Assembly (NCBI GenBank): GCA_965655095.1
Contig: OZ296649.1
Location: 76,384,001 to 76,448,000 of the forward strand
Direction: 5' to 3'
From: Haplodiscus bocki
Lineage: Eukaryota
Length of the DNA stretch: 64,000 nucleotides
Shown: piece after piece, positions 24,950 through 38,000 of the stretch
Layout: each line of letters starts with the position of its first letter
Numbering within the stretch: position 1 is the stretch's first letter
The notes under the pieces: generated by a model
Databases searched by the model: none
Told to the model about the DNA's origin: nothing
Seen by the model: only the letters and a program-made list of their open reading frames with translations
Program-made: the position numbers and the translations under genes

Positions 24950-27250
24950 TGAGCCCCTATGTAGTGGCCCCGGATTGGTCGGCTCAACCTATTAACTTGT
25001 ATGACTTATCAACACCATAATTATTTCTTCCCTTAATTTATGATGTTGCTTCCCAGTTAGAATTGAAATTGAGTTATTTTACAATTCACAGAGATGAAAG
25101 GTTGAATTCCATAGGTATTTTGCATTCTTCTTCCACTGTTTTGCTTTCGAGTCTTCGATGTGGCTGAGAAATTCGAACGCAAGAAAGGTTTCAATTTCTG
25201 GAAAGCAAGCTGGGAAAAATACCAGACTGCAAACAATCTTGACCTATTGGAAAAATACGAGAAGTTCGTCGAAGTTATCAAAACAGCATCAAAGAGAAGC
25301 ATTCACCGGGATAACGCATCAATTACATACCCGGACTTAAGTTATCAAAACCCTGTGCGATGAATACTGGCAAAGTGTTGAAACGGACCCTTTCAGTCCT
25401 GTAACGATTGAGAAGTGATGCAATTGCCAGCGAAATCACCACAATTCGCAGAAATATGGAGGAAGTTCAGTTAGTCAATTGACGCGGTCAGAGATTCACA
25501 GAAAAAATCCTGGCAAATTGTGCAGTTAGAAAATCACTTGTAAAGTAACCACTGGAGGTACTATTAAAATAACCACTGGAGGTACCCCGCGCCAAGTTGC
25601 ATACCAATTATCCTCAGTGCAAAAGGACGCAGTGGAAAACTGACTAAGTCACGAAAGTTAAAGGATGTCAACCTTCGTACAGCCTTAATATGACAGACTT
25701 CAAGACCGCACTGAACCGCATCAAGAATGACAAATCCGCTCGAGCCGACAACATAGGCACCGAGCAAACCATGAGTCTGGGGTCTTTTGGTATTCAATGA
25801 CTGTCATCTATAGTGTTTGACTGCAATAAAAAAGAGTACATCCAAAACCTTGGCGAAAGGTCAAAGTGATAACAATGCCCAAGTCCGGTAAAAATGCAAG
25901 CGAACTAGCCAACTTTCGACCGAATGCAATCCTCCTTCATTTCTTGACGCTCTATGAACGTCTAATACTACAGCGACAAAAACTAAAATGCAACCAACAA
26001 TTCAATGGCGTCGTTTTCATTGATGCATCTGCATATGACACAGTCAACCACCGACAAATTGTGTGAAAATTGAGCCATCAGATCGATTTCCAGAAACTGA
26101 CGGGAATTATTCACGATCTGTAACACACGCCTTTATGTTGAATTAGAAAACCGAAAAGCCGATTCCGGGAACAAAAGAACGAAACGTCACGGCGCAGCGT
26201 GCTTTGACCCGTGCTCTTCAATATTTCGACAAACGATCAACCCCTTTTCCTAAACACACGGAGCTTCATTTACGCTGACGAACGGGCAACGGCAGCAGCT
26301 CGAGCGTATATTAAAGAATAGGTCGAAAAAAGCTGCGCTTGCCAGTAGATGAGCTGGGAAAATCCTATGAAGATAACAAGCTTCTCTCAAACCCAGCGTA
26401 AACTGAAACTGGCTTGGTCCACCTGAAATCGAGATGAGCATGCTAAATATTACTTGAAAAATCACAATACTGAATCATAACAATGAAGCCAACTATTCGG
26501 GAGTGAAACGAGAACCTTCAGCACCTTGCCTGAGCGTAGGGGCTAAGCAGGTCAATTGCAACATGATTTCGAAGCTGGGTAATAGCTCCAGGGGAGCTGA
26601 CTCGAGGAATGTTCGAATAGCTCCAAGCCTTAACATAGCTACCGAGTGTGCATGCTATCTCTGGTACCGTTCTGTTCATTCGAACAAGTAAACATTGCAA
26701 TCAATGAAACCATGAGAAAAATCGCCGGCTGCATAAAATCCACTAGATAACATCACCTATAAAAACTTGCTGCTATAGCTCCATCGAATATTCGTAGGAA
26801 AGCTATCGCTAGGCGTGAATAGGGGAAATAAACTGATGATCGGCATATAATGCGACACCGGGTCTCCTCTGAAAAATCTGTCACTCAAGAATTTTTAAGC
26901 CACATGCCTGTCCTTAAGGTGGAAATAACGTGTACCGGCTGAAAGTGGCAAATACTGTCCCACATAATAGGCGAATTAGTAAAAATAGTAGAACAACCAA
27001 TAGCCCAGGCTCTTAAATTTGCAGAGTGGAAAACTCTCAGCAGACTGAGGACCACTGCTGCACTATAAACACCGGCCCGTTTGCGCAGCGCAATAGAAAC
27101 CAAATGTAGTCTGCAATTAACAGGAAGACATGAGTCACCTCTAAGCTCCTCTACCCATCTAACCGTGAAGGAACTGCCGTACCATGGTCCTGCAGCATCC
27201 GCCTACCAAAATTTCGTGAACTGCATTTGACTTCAATCGAAGGAGAAATT
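24950..27250 (+). mobile_element. Decayed non-LTR retrotransposon (Ingi/I-group-like RT)
   Basis: Fragments GFNFWKASWEK, VITMPKSGK...NFRPNAIL...YERLIL, VFIDASAYDTVNH and ECACYLWYRSVH...NETMRKIAGCIKST. Many stops and frameshifts. Confidence 0.8.
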
Positions 27251-27346
27251 CATATGCAGAAATAAAAGTGAGAATCAACTAAAATTTTAAATCTTGTCAG
27301 AGCGAATGGGAAAAATCTATTTGAAATGACTTTTGAAATATCCTAC

Positions 27347-27667
27347 CTTTGAGTATCGCTTCCATGTTGCATACGGGTTAGTTGAGTAAAGAGTAGGGCC
27401 ACTCTGATCGAAGTTAGATCGCCGTATCACCCGAGGTGCATCGTATGATGTCTGTCGTTGTTCAGTTAGATTACGAGGACCAGTAGGTTGGTAAAACCGA
27501 TGGCTTTCACCAATACTGCCGCGTTTCTCATTGTCAAATGCTATGTTGGTACTTGAGCGGTATATTTCATTGCTACCTCCGTGAAAATTACGCTGATGGC
27601 TAACCAAACTGCCATGAGTATTCATTCCCACAAAGCTGCCGCTTGGGTTATACGGACGCATGTTGGT
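27347..27667 (-). CDS. Most upstream recognisable exon (321 nt, phase 0-0) of the synaptopodin-like gene
   Basis: tttatttttctag|ACC AAC ATG ... TCA AAG|gtagga. ATG at 27661 has A at -3. Joining the exons from this ATG, including the microexon, gives 1992 nt (663 aa plus stop). Confidence 0.72.
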
Positions 27668-27742
27668 CTAGAAAAATAAAATATTGTACACTCATTGACC
27701 TAACATATCATTCAAAGAGACTGAATTCGTAGCTAAATTTAG

Positions 27743-28011
27743 AACACAGAGGCGAGGCGGAACATTGCAACACATTCTGACTTGTCAGTTGAGATCGTGG
27801 ATCACAAAAAATGAAGCTGTCAATCAAAAGGTTGGTCGAGAAAGAGTCAAATTGAGACAAGCACCTGTTTCAGGGTCTTACTAGGAAATTTGTTATGTTA
27901 ATCATGTCTTCCCAGTTTGAGCCATTTAGCTGCCCAAATTTTAGGGCGTTTGCACCGTAAAGACGATTAAGTACCTACCACAGTCTCATTTAAAAATGAT
28001 AAATCAATCAT
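27743..28011 (+). repeat. Same MITE-like family, copy 3, interrupted by the large Gypsy element and resuming at ~42576
   Basis: acacagaggcgaggcggaacattgcaacac at the start. The subunit continues after 42575 as tcatgttttccaggtgactccattttgctgcc. Confidence 0.6.
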
Positions 28012-28735
28012 AGTGTTAGCAATTGTAACTGGAATCAAACTGAAATTGAATCACTTTTAGTAGCTCAAACTAACTGAATTAAACTTATTTGAACCAATTG
28101 AATTGAATCTCAGTAGCTAAAATCAAACTTCGAAAAAATTTAATAGATAAGCCTGTTTATTGTTCGGACTCTCCTTTCTTCGGCACTTCGAACCTTGAAA
28201 ATGAAGCGCGGCACAAGCTAAAAGTCAAAGAAAAACTCAGCAAAAGAAATTTTTTTTTTGCCTAATTTAACATCGATTTCAAAAGACATTTCCAGTAAAC
28301 GATTTTGAATACAACTCAAAACCAACTGTACTTTCTTGGGTATAATTGATTTGAATTTAGTGGCTATCGTCAGTGCGTGGTGTGAGGAAAATTCTGTTGA
28401 AGACTTGGAGAACTTATTTCAAAAAAAGTCAACTATTCAGAAGCAATACCGAAGCAATCAGAGTATTCATCAGAGTAATACACTAGCCGACTTCAGGCTT
28501 ATTTCAACGGCTCAATTTTTTTATTGTGAAAAGTTTTCATGTTTGCGTGCAGGTTAGTTTTCCTTGAACTCGGTTCATTTGTCAATTAAAATGTGCCTAT
28601 ATAGGTGCACTTGCTTCTTCTCTTGTTTCCATCAGTTGAGATTCGGGTAGTCGACCTTGATTAAGCCATTGAAAATTTTCATCATTTTTTACCCAATCCA
28701 TGTGTTGGTCTTCAACCACCATGGAAGGTATGGGG

Positions 28736-31700
28736 TGTTGTATCTTAACCGACAAGTAAGATGGCGTCTCAGCAAAACAAATGTAACATAAAGTAGTTAT
28801 TAATTACCTAGAAACATCATATAAGACATATAAGCCTGAAAGACACAAATAACTTTAATCAAGCGAAACAATCTAAAATATCAGTTTACAGTCAACACAA
28901 TATATCTACCGAAATCAGTCTTATTGAAAATAATCGTCCAAATGAGTTGGCTTTAGCTTATTTCGAGTAGATATTCGAATCGGTTGTTCGGCACTTGGGA
29001 CTACTGTTTGAACATCTGTTCGACACTAGTTGGATCGACTGGACTAGCTAATAAGGGTTCGTCGATTGGCTGTTTGTCGGATACTTCATCGATAGGCTTT
29101 TTGTCGTCACTTCTACTTGCAGTCGTTATACGCGGAATCATTTCCTGAGAATACTGAGTTGGTTCGATTTGCTTTGGAATGAAAGCCGTATTGAATGATA
29201 CATGTCGCAAGTATGAGACATTTCTGATTACTTTATGTCCTGTTGCAGAATTAACAATTTCGTACGTTCGCTGGCCTTTTATTCCAATTACTTCCCAAAC
29301 TATATCAGGAAAAAAAGGACCACTTTCGGTTGACGGAGGAACAAGCGACGATACCAGATCCCCTACTTTAAATTGAGATAAAGTTGGTGCAGGCTATTTC
29401 CACTTTTTACTGTGTGTTTCTTTCATATACGCCTGGTACTTCTCATGGTCTTTATCTAAGCCTTTGAAACGGCAGGTTGGAATATCTGTCACGATTTGTC
29501 GATTTTGCAGTAAATATGCAAGTTTTCCAGTACTTGCGGCGTGAGATGTTGCGCGAAATATGTGCAAAATTTCTGGCAAACATTAAGGTATAACAAATCT
29601 TTGCAGTTTAGCCGCACGCAGTGAATGATTAAGATAACGATGAAATCTTTCAAATTGAAAAATTGATTGCGCATGTAAAGGTGCACAGCAAATACGTTCG
29701 ACAATAATTTTTTCAAGAAATTCACGAAATGCGAAACTTGAAAATTGCGGTCCATTGTTGGAAACAATTTTTTGTGGGTTTCCAAAACGTGAAAAACGAT
29801 CCTTAAGGCATGCAATAACGGCTCTAGTAGTTGTTTCTTTCGATTTATATACTTCGGGTCATTTTGAATAAAAATCTTTTATAGTCAGGTAGTGATCAAA
29901 TTCAAACGAAAGTTTATCGATGCCAAATTGTATCCATGGTCCTTCGGGTCGCTCAACTGGAGACAAGGGTAATTCCTCCTGTGGTAAAAGTTGAGTGCAA
30001 ATGCGACAATCGTTACACATTTCTTCAATCTCGCATGACTTACCAGGCCAGTATGCTGCATTTCGAAGATATTGTTTAGTGCGGACAATTCCTTGATGCG
30101 TACTGTGAGCCTTGGCAAGAAGATCTTGACGAAGACTTTTAAGAATGATATTAGTTCCGTTTTTAATTATGACATCTTCAGATATTGTCAATTCGTCCTT
30201 TAAACGACACCATGTTTTAAGATTTCTTTTATAAATTGGCTTTTTCCATTCATTGCAAATTGTTGTAGTCAAAATCCGTAAGTCTTCCTCTGCTATGGTT
30301 GCGGTTCGAATCGTCGTAAGGGTATTTGCACCACATAATCGGACTAATGATACCTTTTTTTCAGTTTCAATTTCTGAATCGTTGCTTGAAGTTCATTTGT
30401 TGAGTCTTGAGAGAGCATCTGCAATATTTACGTTACTAGGGTGGAATATCAACTCGAAGTCGCAATCGGCAAATCGATCAACTATGCGCTGTAAACGAAT
30501 AGACGTAGCTTGGTTTTTGAAAACTCTAAGTAAGGGTTTATGCTCGGTCACAACTGTGATTCGTTTTCCATATATGTCGTTATGGCATTTCGTTAGTCCA
30601 TTATATATAGCTGATGCTTCCCATTCGATATGCGCATAGCGTTGTTCCACTTTCGAGAAAACTTTGAAACAAAAAAATACAGGTAGCCAATTTTGGCCTT
30701 CTTTTTGCAAAAGAACTGCACGAGATGCGGAAGGTGATCCATCGACTAGTAATTCATGCTCGGCTTCGATTCGGTAAAGTGTAAGACAGGGTGAACTACA
30801 AATGACAGATTTTGCTTTTCGAAAGGCAGCTTCATGTTCTGTGTTCCACGTCCACTTCGTGTTCTTTCTGTTGAATTTGTGTAATGTTTCCAGAAGAGAT
30901 GCCATGTTTGGGATGTATTGCTGTAACAAGCTACTCGAACTGAGGATCGAGCGTAATTGACTGACGGATGTAGGTCTCGGCAGATGAGTTAAGGCTTCTA
31001 CTTTACCTGGATCAGCACTCACAATAGTGTTGCCAACGATATGGCCTAAAAATTTAATTTCGTGCTTCAGAAATTCACATTTCTTTTTGTTCATTGTTAC
31101 GCCATATTGTACCATACGATCCAGTACAGCAAAGAGTCTTTTATCGTGTTCTTCGCGTCTTCTTCCATGAACGGCGACGTCATCTTGTAACTTGGAGACA
31201 CCGTCTAAACCTTGTAGCACCAGACTCAAAAGTAAATCCATAGCATCAGATGCGCCATTAATTCCGAATGGTAGTCTTTTGAATCTGAAGTGACGCCTAA
31301 AAACGGAAAAGGTCGTAAAATGACGTGTTTCGTTTGTCAATTCAATTTGTCAGTATACTTTTCTCATATCCAGTTTTGAAAAGTATTTGCTGTCGGAAAA
31401 TTGAGCCAGCAAATATTGAACATTCGGCATAGGATAATGATGACGGACGATAGATTTGATAGCTAATCTCAATTCGATTGTCAAACGTGGTTCCTTTGAT
31501 TCATTGAGGACTACATGAATCGGACAGATCCACCGTTTTTCGGTGCATTCTTCAAAAACACCCAGATATAACATCTTCTGGATTTCATCTTGCGTCCAAG
31601 ATTGCACTGCATAAGCCGGAACCGGTTCTTTCTGCGCAATAGGTGTAGAATTTGGTTCAATTTTTATGTCGTAGCTAAATTTTTTGATTGCTCCACTAAA

Positions 31701-33147
31701 CAACTGTGGATATTTTTGATATATGTCGGGCATCCTTGTTGAGCGTTCACAATCTTGTAGAGGAGTTTTACAAGACATACTCAAGGAATTGATCCTTGCA
31801 TCTAATAATCCCAAATCGCGAGCTGCTAGAAGTCCCATTAAGTGAGTCATCCATAACGTAAATGTCGGTTTTAATGTGGCGTCCAGACAAACTTAATTTA
31901 GCCGTAAACATGCCAAAACAGGACAGCGGCTTCTGTCCACAGCCTTTGAAATTCATTGCAGGCTTCAGTTCAAGCTTGGACTTGCCAATTACCATCAGAG
32001 ATGATAATGGTATAATACAAAACTTTGATCCGGTATCGACTTGCATTTGTAGGTCGATTCCATCCTTTTGATTTGATACAAACCATGAATCGGAATGTCA
32101 GTCGCCAATTTTTCCAATCATTTGGTAAAGCTGCTGATCCGCTATAATAAGCTTTGTAGAAGCATAACCAGGATCTTGAACAGTCAACTTTTGCGCAAGC
32201 TTCTTCCTGCAGACTGAGTCAAAGTGTCGTTTCTTTGTGCAGAATCAACAGGTAACGTTCTTGGCCTTGCTTTCGAGGGCACCACGGAAATGTCATGTCT
32301 TGTCACACGCAAAACGTTTGTGATCACTATTGCCTTTCTCTGATTTTCACTTAGGAATTGATGGTTTCTTAGATTGCTTGTGAACATGTTTTGATACAAA
32401 ATGAAGTGCTTGAATTCGTCATCGCAGCACTTTCTGGTGTTTGTTGAAGTCTACGAGCAAGTGTCCTTACTTTTTCTAAAATTAGACCATCTCTTTCTGT
32501 CAAGAGCTTCCCTCTGATCTTTATATTATGACATTTTTCGATAATTTGGCCGATAATCTGCTCATCCAGGTCGGCAAAACATCATATTGATCCCAATTTT
32601 CTCAAGTCAGATACAAACTTCTCAGTACTTTCGTGAGGCTGTTGTACGCGACATTCTAATCGTTATCGCTCTGCCCATTTGTTACCTTTGGGAGCAAAGA
32701 ATTCCGTCAGACGATCTTTTACATTCTTTGTTGAAGTCTTGTCACCTGTATGATTGCTTAGAACCGTCTGAACTGCTGGACCTGCGAGATGAAGTAAGGT
32801 TGCGCGTTGGACTTTATCATCTGCGTTGTCTAACTTGGATTTAGTCGAAAGAATCGATCCAACGTTTTCATTCTTCTTTGAGGTTGTAACATTCCGTGTT
32901 GACGGGTAGAATAGGAGCAGAATAATTGAGAGTTGTTGCCATGTTCAGGTTTTTCGATCAGATGATGACTGCGTCAATGTTTTATCTTAACCCACAAAGT
33001 AAGATGGTATCTCAGCAAAACAAAAGTAACATGAAATAGTTAATAACTACACGGATACATCATATAAGACATATAAGCCTGAAAGACACAAATAACTTTA
33101 ATCAAGCGAATCAATCTAATTTACCAGTTTACATTCAATACACTTTA
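28736..33147 (-). mobile_element. Nested 4.4-kb Ty3/Gypsy element (Mag-like) with ~170-bp LTRs
   Basis: LTRs 28736-28904 and 32978-33147; TSD TGGGG on both sides; PBS-like ttgacgcagtc next to the 5' LTR. gag with degenerate zinc knuckles, protease MQVDTGS, RT/RNase H (RLPFGI, LQDDV, NIADALSR), integrase (AHSTHQG...YWPG...CRIC). Confidence 0.92.
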
Positions 33148-35000
33148 TGGGGCAAATGTTTTTTGTTTATCCAGCTTGTGTGAGTTCAGGAAGAGCTTGT
33201 GAAGATTCTTGTAGGGATGTAGTTCAACTATTATTCTAAATTGTTGTGGAGCATTGAGAATAAATGCTGCAACTCCGATAACCAAAAAACTTTTCCACGA
33301 TGTTCAGTTCTCGAATTGTATTTCAAATGAGGGCCCCTGTATGGTTAGTTTCTGTGCAATAGAGTCACTTTTTTGTTGAATACTCTTTTTGTAATCATAT
33401 TGTAGTTGAGCCTGATCGTGGGGTTTGACATACTTGAGTAACTTCAATTCTGCTTCAATTTTCGTGCTATAGTGCTGTAGTCCGTCTACAGGTGAAAGTA
33501 AGCTGAGTAGACAGGCCCTCGGTTTGGGCAGCTCCATGTCCTATTTTACAGGTGGAATGTTTGCACATGACGATAGGAAATATTGGATAATGTTATTTTC
33601 CCCAGTTAACTATGTACCACAATCTAGTGCAACCAAACAGTTTCTACATGCCTTGACTGTTTTTGAACCTGCCAAGTTTGTGCCCACCAAAAAATCTCTT
33701 AGAATTCGAACTATGCTTGTGTTCAGGTTATAAGCCATATTCCATTAGCCAGATTTGTTGCTTTAATTTTCAATGGTTTTGGAACTGCCGCTGTATCACA
33801 AAATTGTGGTGCATCCATACTGTTTACGAAAAATAGAGTGAGGCATGACGAGTCTTAGGTTTTGTTGATAGGGCTTCATAACATATTCGATATTTGCTTG
33901 AATCAATATTTTTATCGAGTTTGACTAGCGAAGTTTCCACCAAAATTTCCGATACTGCCACATATTCTGTTTTGACATTCCATTTGATAGCCATAATATC
34001 ATCCATCTGCGGTAAAAATACCACTAATGCTTTGCACATTGTGAATGCTCTTTGTCGTGACGCAAATGGTTTTGCCTTTAACATCAGAAAACCAGAGTCC
34101 AATGTTAAAATGTCTAACAGTAGGCGTTTTTCATAAAATGCCAGAAGTTCTTGTTTTGGAAACACAAATGTAAGTCAATTATTCAAATTCTCTTGTGAGT
34201 CATCAACCACTTTTCAAAATTGCTCCAGACATTCTATAGGTAGTAGGAGCATGGGAACGTATTTCGAAGAAGAGACGGAACGGCGTTCCTTACACCCATC
34301 TTGAATGCCAATAGAGCTGCTCCTCTTGCTTTGACGTTGCTGGAGATCAGAGAAAATAGGGAAGAGAATGTACAGAAATTGAAATTCAAATGCTGTCCTG
34401 TATATAGGAATTGATTGAAATTGACCATGTCGTGAGTACTTTCTAGGGAAATTTGGAATTGATTCTCTATCTTTTGCCGTATCTCATTTTGGGTTTCGAT
34501 CAGTTGGTGTTTCGGTTTTGCAAAGGAGGGCTAATTCTTCATTTTTTCGCGTTTTCTTGTGTTCTTAGTAGGCGCTGAGTTTTGACTTATGCAGCAACGT
34601 TAGTTTTTCTGAGCGGGGCCGGGTGTAAGTGACTTGGTTATTGTTTTTCCAGCAGTTTTTAAGGCGTGTGGCGTCTTAGGTGGTGTTTGTGTTTTTGTAT
34701 TAGTTGCTTTCCGAGTGGAAAATGAGAAAAGAGCATGATTTAGTTTGTCTGCTATGTTTTGAGCTCACTGTTACCTATTGTAAGGTGACATGTTCTGGGG
34801 ATAGCCGTTGTCCGCTTCTCTCTTGCAAGATCTTCAGAGGTTTTTTTTCAGAAGAGGAGGTGTCAAAACGTGACCTTGAGTCAGCGGTTAATGTTAGAAT
34901 GATGTGCGCCGGGCATTCATTTTTTTTCAACGGTCGCTTTGTGAGTTTCTCCCCGGTGCTGCATCCTGAGTGTCTGGTTGCATCCAGCGTCAGTCCAACC
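33148..35000 (-). pseudogene. F-type (class I fusion) env remnant; C-terminal tail continues at 28735-28597
   Basis: Heptad-like IETQNEIRQKIENQFQ, then LMLKAKPFASRQRAFTMCKALVVFLPQ, EYVAVSE, a Cys-rich block (RICYE, FCDT, CRNC, DCG, SCA) and a hydrophobic TM-like WKSFLVIGVAAFILN. Confidence 0.65.
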
Positions 35001-38000
35001 TAAGATGAGCGTCAACTTATAAGCAACATGTCGCTGGGAATCTTTTGAAACTGTTGACATTTTTTGTTTGGCGTCGTGGCTTCCTGTGTCATCCAGAAGG
35101 TACGTTCTACAAAAACACGCTGATCGGCCTTGAATAATTTTGTTGGCGTAACTGTCTGTTGTTTTTTCAAATCCGCAAGTATTGTAGATTTGTTTTTGGA
35201 TCGTACTTTGTTTACTGTAATGGACTTGCACTTTGATAGATTTGCTATGTTGATAGATCTGCCATTTTGTTTTAATTTTGGTAAGTGATTTTAGTTTAGG
35301 CAAGCCCGCCGTCTTGGCATCTGATTTCAACTAGGGTTAGACTTGTCGTTAATACCTTAATCGCTCGCACTCTGTCATTGCTGTATTGCCATGTTTGAAA
35401 TGCGGAAGTATGATTTATTGCTAAGATTGTGTGAAGAGAATTTTAGTGCATTGGAGCCAACGTGTCTAGGAGGTTTGGCAACCTTAGCAGTCCATGTTTG
35501 TTTAAGGGGGTCTGCTGCTCCTACAAAAGAGTTAGTCAACAAGTTTTAGCTGTAAAGTGAACCAATAATAGCCCACTACTGCGATGTTTTGAAAAATGGG
35601 GCGATGAGGTTCGTAATTTGTGTTCATTTCCTGGAACAAGTGTGTTAACTGCACCGATGCCACGTCTTCGAGATTTGAATAAAACGGACTTTTGGTTGAA
35701 TAGGGCAATAGCACCCGCCAGTTCACGTCATGATCTTCTTCTCCTCGTAGCAACTGGTAATTAATCGACTCGTTGACTCAGGGATGATGACCCACCAATG
35801 GAAGTTGTTGCCTCAGTCTTACAAGGTCGGAAAAGCCGGGTGTTGTTCTCAAAAGGTTCCAGGGAAGACGCTCAGTTATCGAGCGTTAAAAAGCTAAATA
35901 ATTTCGGAAAAAATATCAAAGGAGTTAATTTTAAACTATTCAGAGGCCTGGAGACACTGTTAGCTTTCTTCCTCATCCTACCCATATGTTCCTCGCCGTT
36001 AGTGAAAACGAAAGTCGGAAAATTTTATTGTCTCATAACCTTCTACATCCTCCTGCGGTGGCTGAAAAAGTGGACTAAGATTGCTGGACTCTGACAAGGG
36101 CTAGCAAAGAACGTGTTCATCAGCGGTTGCGCGAGAAGATTCGGTACGCAAAAACATCGGACAGTCGCCACATAGTCTGGTGAGTGTAGTTTTTTCCTGA
36201 AGTATGAATGGGGGCATAAATATGTTCTCTTATGTCTGTCTTTAAGCCGACCGCTAGTTCATTTATCACCTATCAGAACAAACATTTTGTTAGGCGTTCG
36301 GGGAACTACCATGCGTCGAGCTAACTTGCAAATTTAACTCAGCCAAAGTCAGCGTTTTTCAATTTTTTTGTCCTTCTCTTTTTCGAAGTTGAAGCTTCTT
36401 TTTAGGTAGACTCTTCAGATTATCTGTTTACTCCACGTGCTATGACAGAGATCTAGTATCCTATTAGAACCGGCGTGCAGAATGCTTCATGCAGAGATAA
36501 GTAAGACTGCTCAAAACTTTGTTATTTTTCGGCCGAAAAGCTCGTCTGATGACGACAGGCACGTTGCCGAGCAGTTTGTGTACTTTATCTCAAATTATTT
36601 GTTCATAGTTTTTTATAGCTGGCTAAAAACCTGCCCTTACCATTGCATGCAGAAGTTTTTCATCCTGCATAAATTCCGGGGTGTTTTTGTTTGTCGAGTT
36701 TTGGCATTTTTGATCTTGCAGTTGTTCCCGTTGACTTTGGGAGTTCTTCTTGGCTTTTTTAAAACCTCTTGAGTTCATTATCAGTTTAGCCATTCCTTCG
36801 CCTTAAGTTGTGGTGTCGGACGCAATTTTTTACCGATAACTTTGTCTGCTGGAATACATCCTGTAGAAATTTGTGCACTTTTTTTGATTAAAGTTTGTCG
36901 CTGATTCGAGAACAAACAATATGTTTTTTCTGAAAGAGGATTGGCATTTGTTTTTAGGTCGTCATACCTCCTGTATCTGTTGAAAAAAATGGCGAGTCTT
37001 TCTCTGTCTGTCTGAAACTTTTTGAGTTTTTCATGGTGCATCGTGGAGTGATTCCACAAAGTTGTAGCTCAAGACTGACATTTGGGTACAGTTGCTTTAG
37101 AAGCGAAAATCCAAGGGCTTTACTGGGCCTCTTCCGTGGAAAATTACCGTTGGCACGCATCCAAGGGAAGTATGATAAGATGTGTGATGAGGGAGCGTTG
37201 CTAAGTTAAAGTATTTGTGCCCATTTGTAAAGGTTTGTTTAAAATTGAGTTCCAAAAAGGTCTCGTTAGTGCTGCATGTGCCCTTTTTGCTACTCCACTT
37301 TTTTGTGGGTGCTGCAATGATGCATGGGACACTCATAGTGCTAGTAGTTGAGTGAGTTCGTGTCAAAGATTTCACACAAACCGCGTTTCCAAGTCTGAGA
37401 AAATTTCTTGCGCTGTGTGACTGTGTTGGAACCTGATGGAGATTAAAGCCGTTGCAACTTAAATTTGCACTATTTGTAGTCAATGGTACTGCAAAAAGAA
37501 ATTTATTAAAGACATCAACAGCTGTGAGAACGTATTTGTACGGTAAGAACGGAAACGGTCCCAAAAATCGGCATGAGGTCTCTTGGGAAAGATTTCAATG
37601 TCCAAAACTCTTGTATGGAATCTCTTAGTTTTGAGGGTTGTACTCGTTTCATTTAGAGGCATGTCAAGCAGTTTTTGATATAGTTTTAATACAAATCCAC
37701 ACAGTTTGAGCAATAGAAAACGTTTTTTGAGTTCCTCAATGGTTCGCGTTTCTCCCATAACGTCCAGTTGAGAAGGAGGTTATTCCATCGTGTTCGAGAT
37801 CTTTTTTGTAAAATACTCGATTTTTTGAAAACGATCGTCGTAATTTACTGAGATACTTCTGTTCTTTTTCTGCAGAATTGATTTTTTCTGTAGTTGCGAA
37901 ATTGGTTTCCAACCATTTGATCTGCTTGATTTTCGCCGGGTCAGTGTTTTGTTCCTTTTCTAAGTTCGCTATAGTTGTTCCTATGTCCGGGTAGTCGTCC

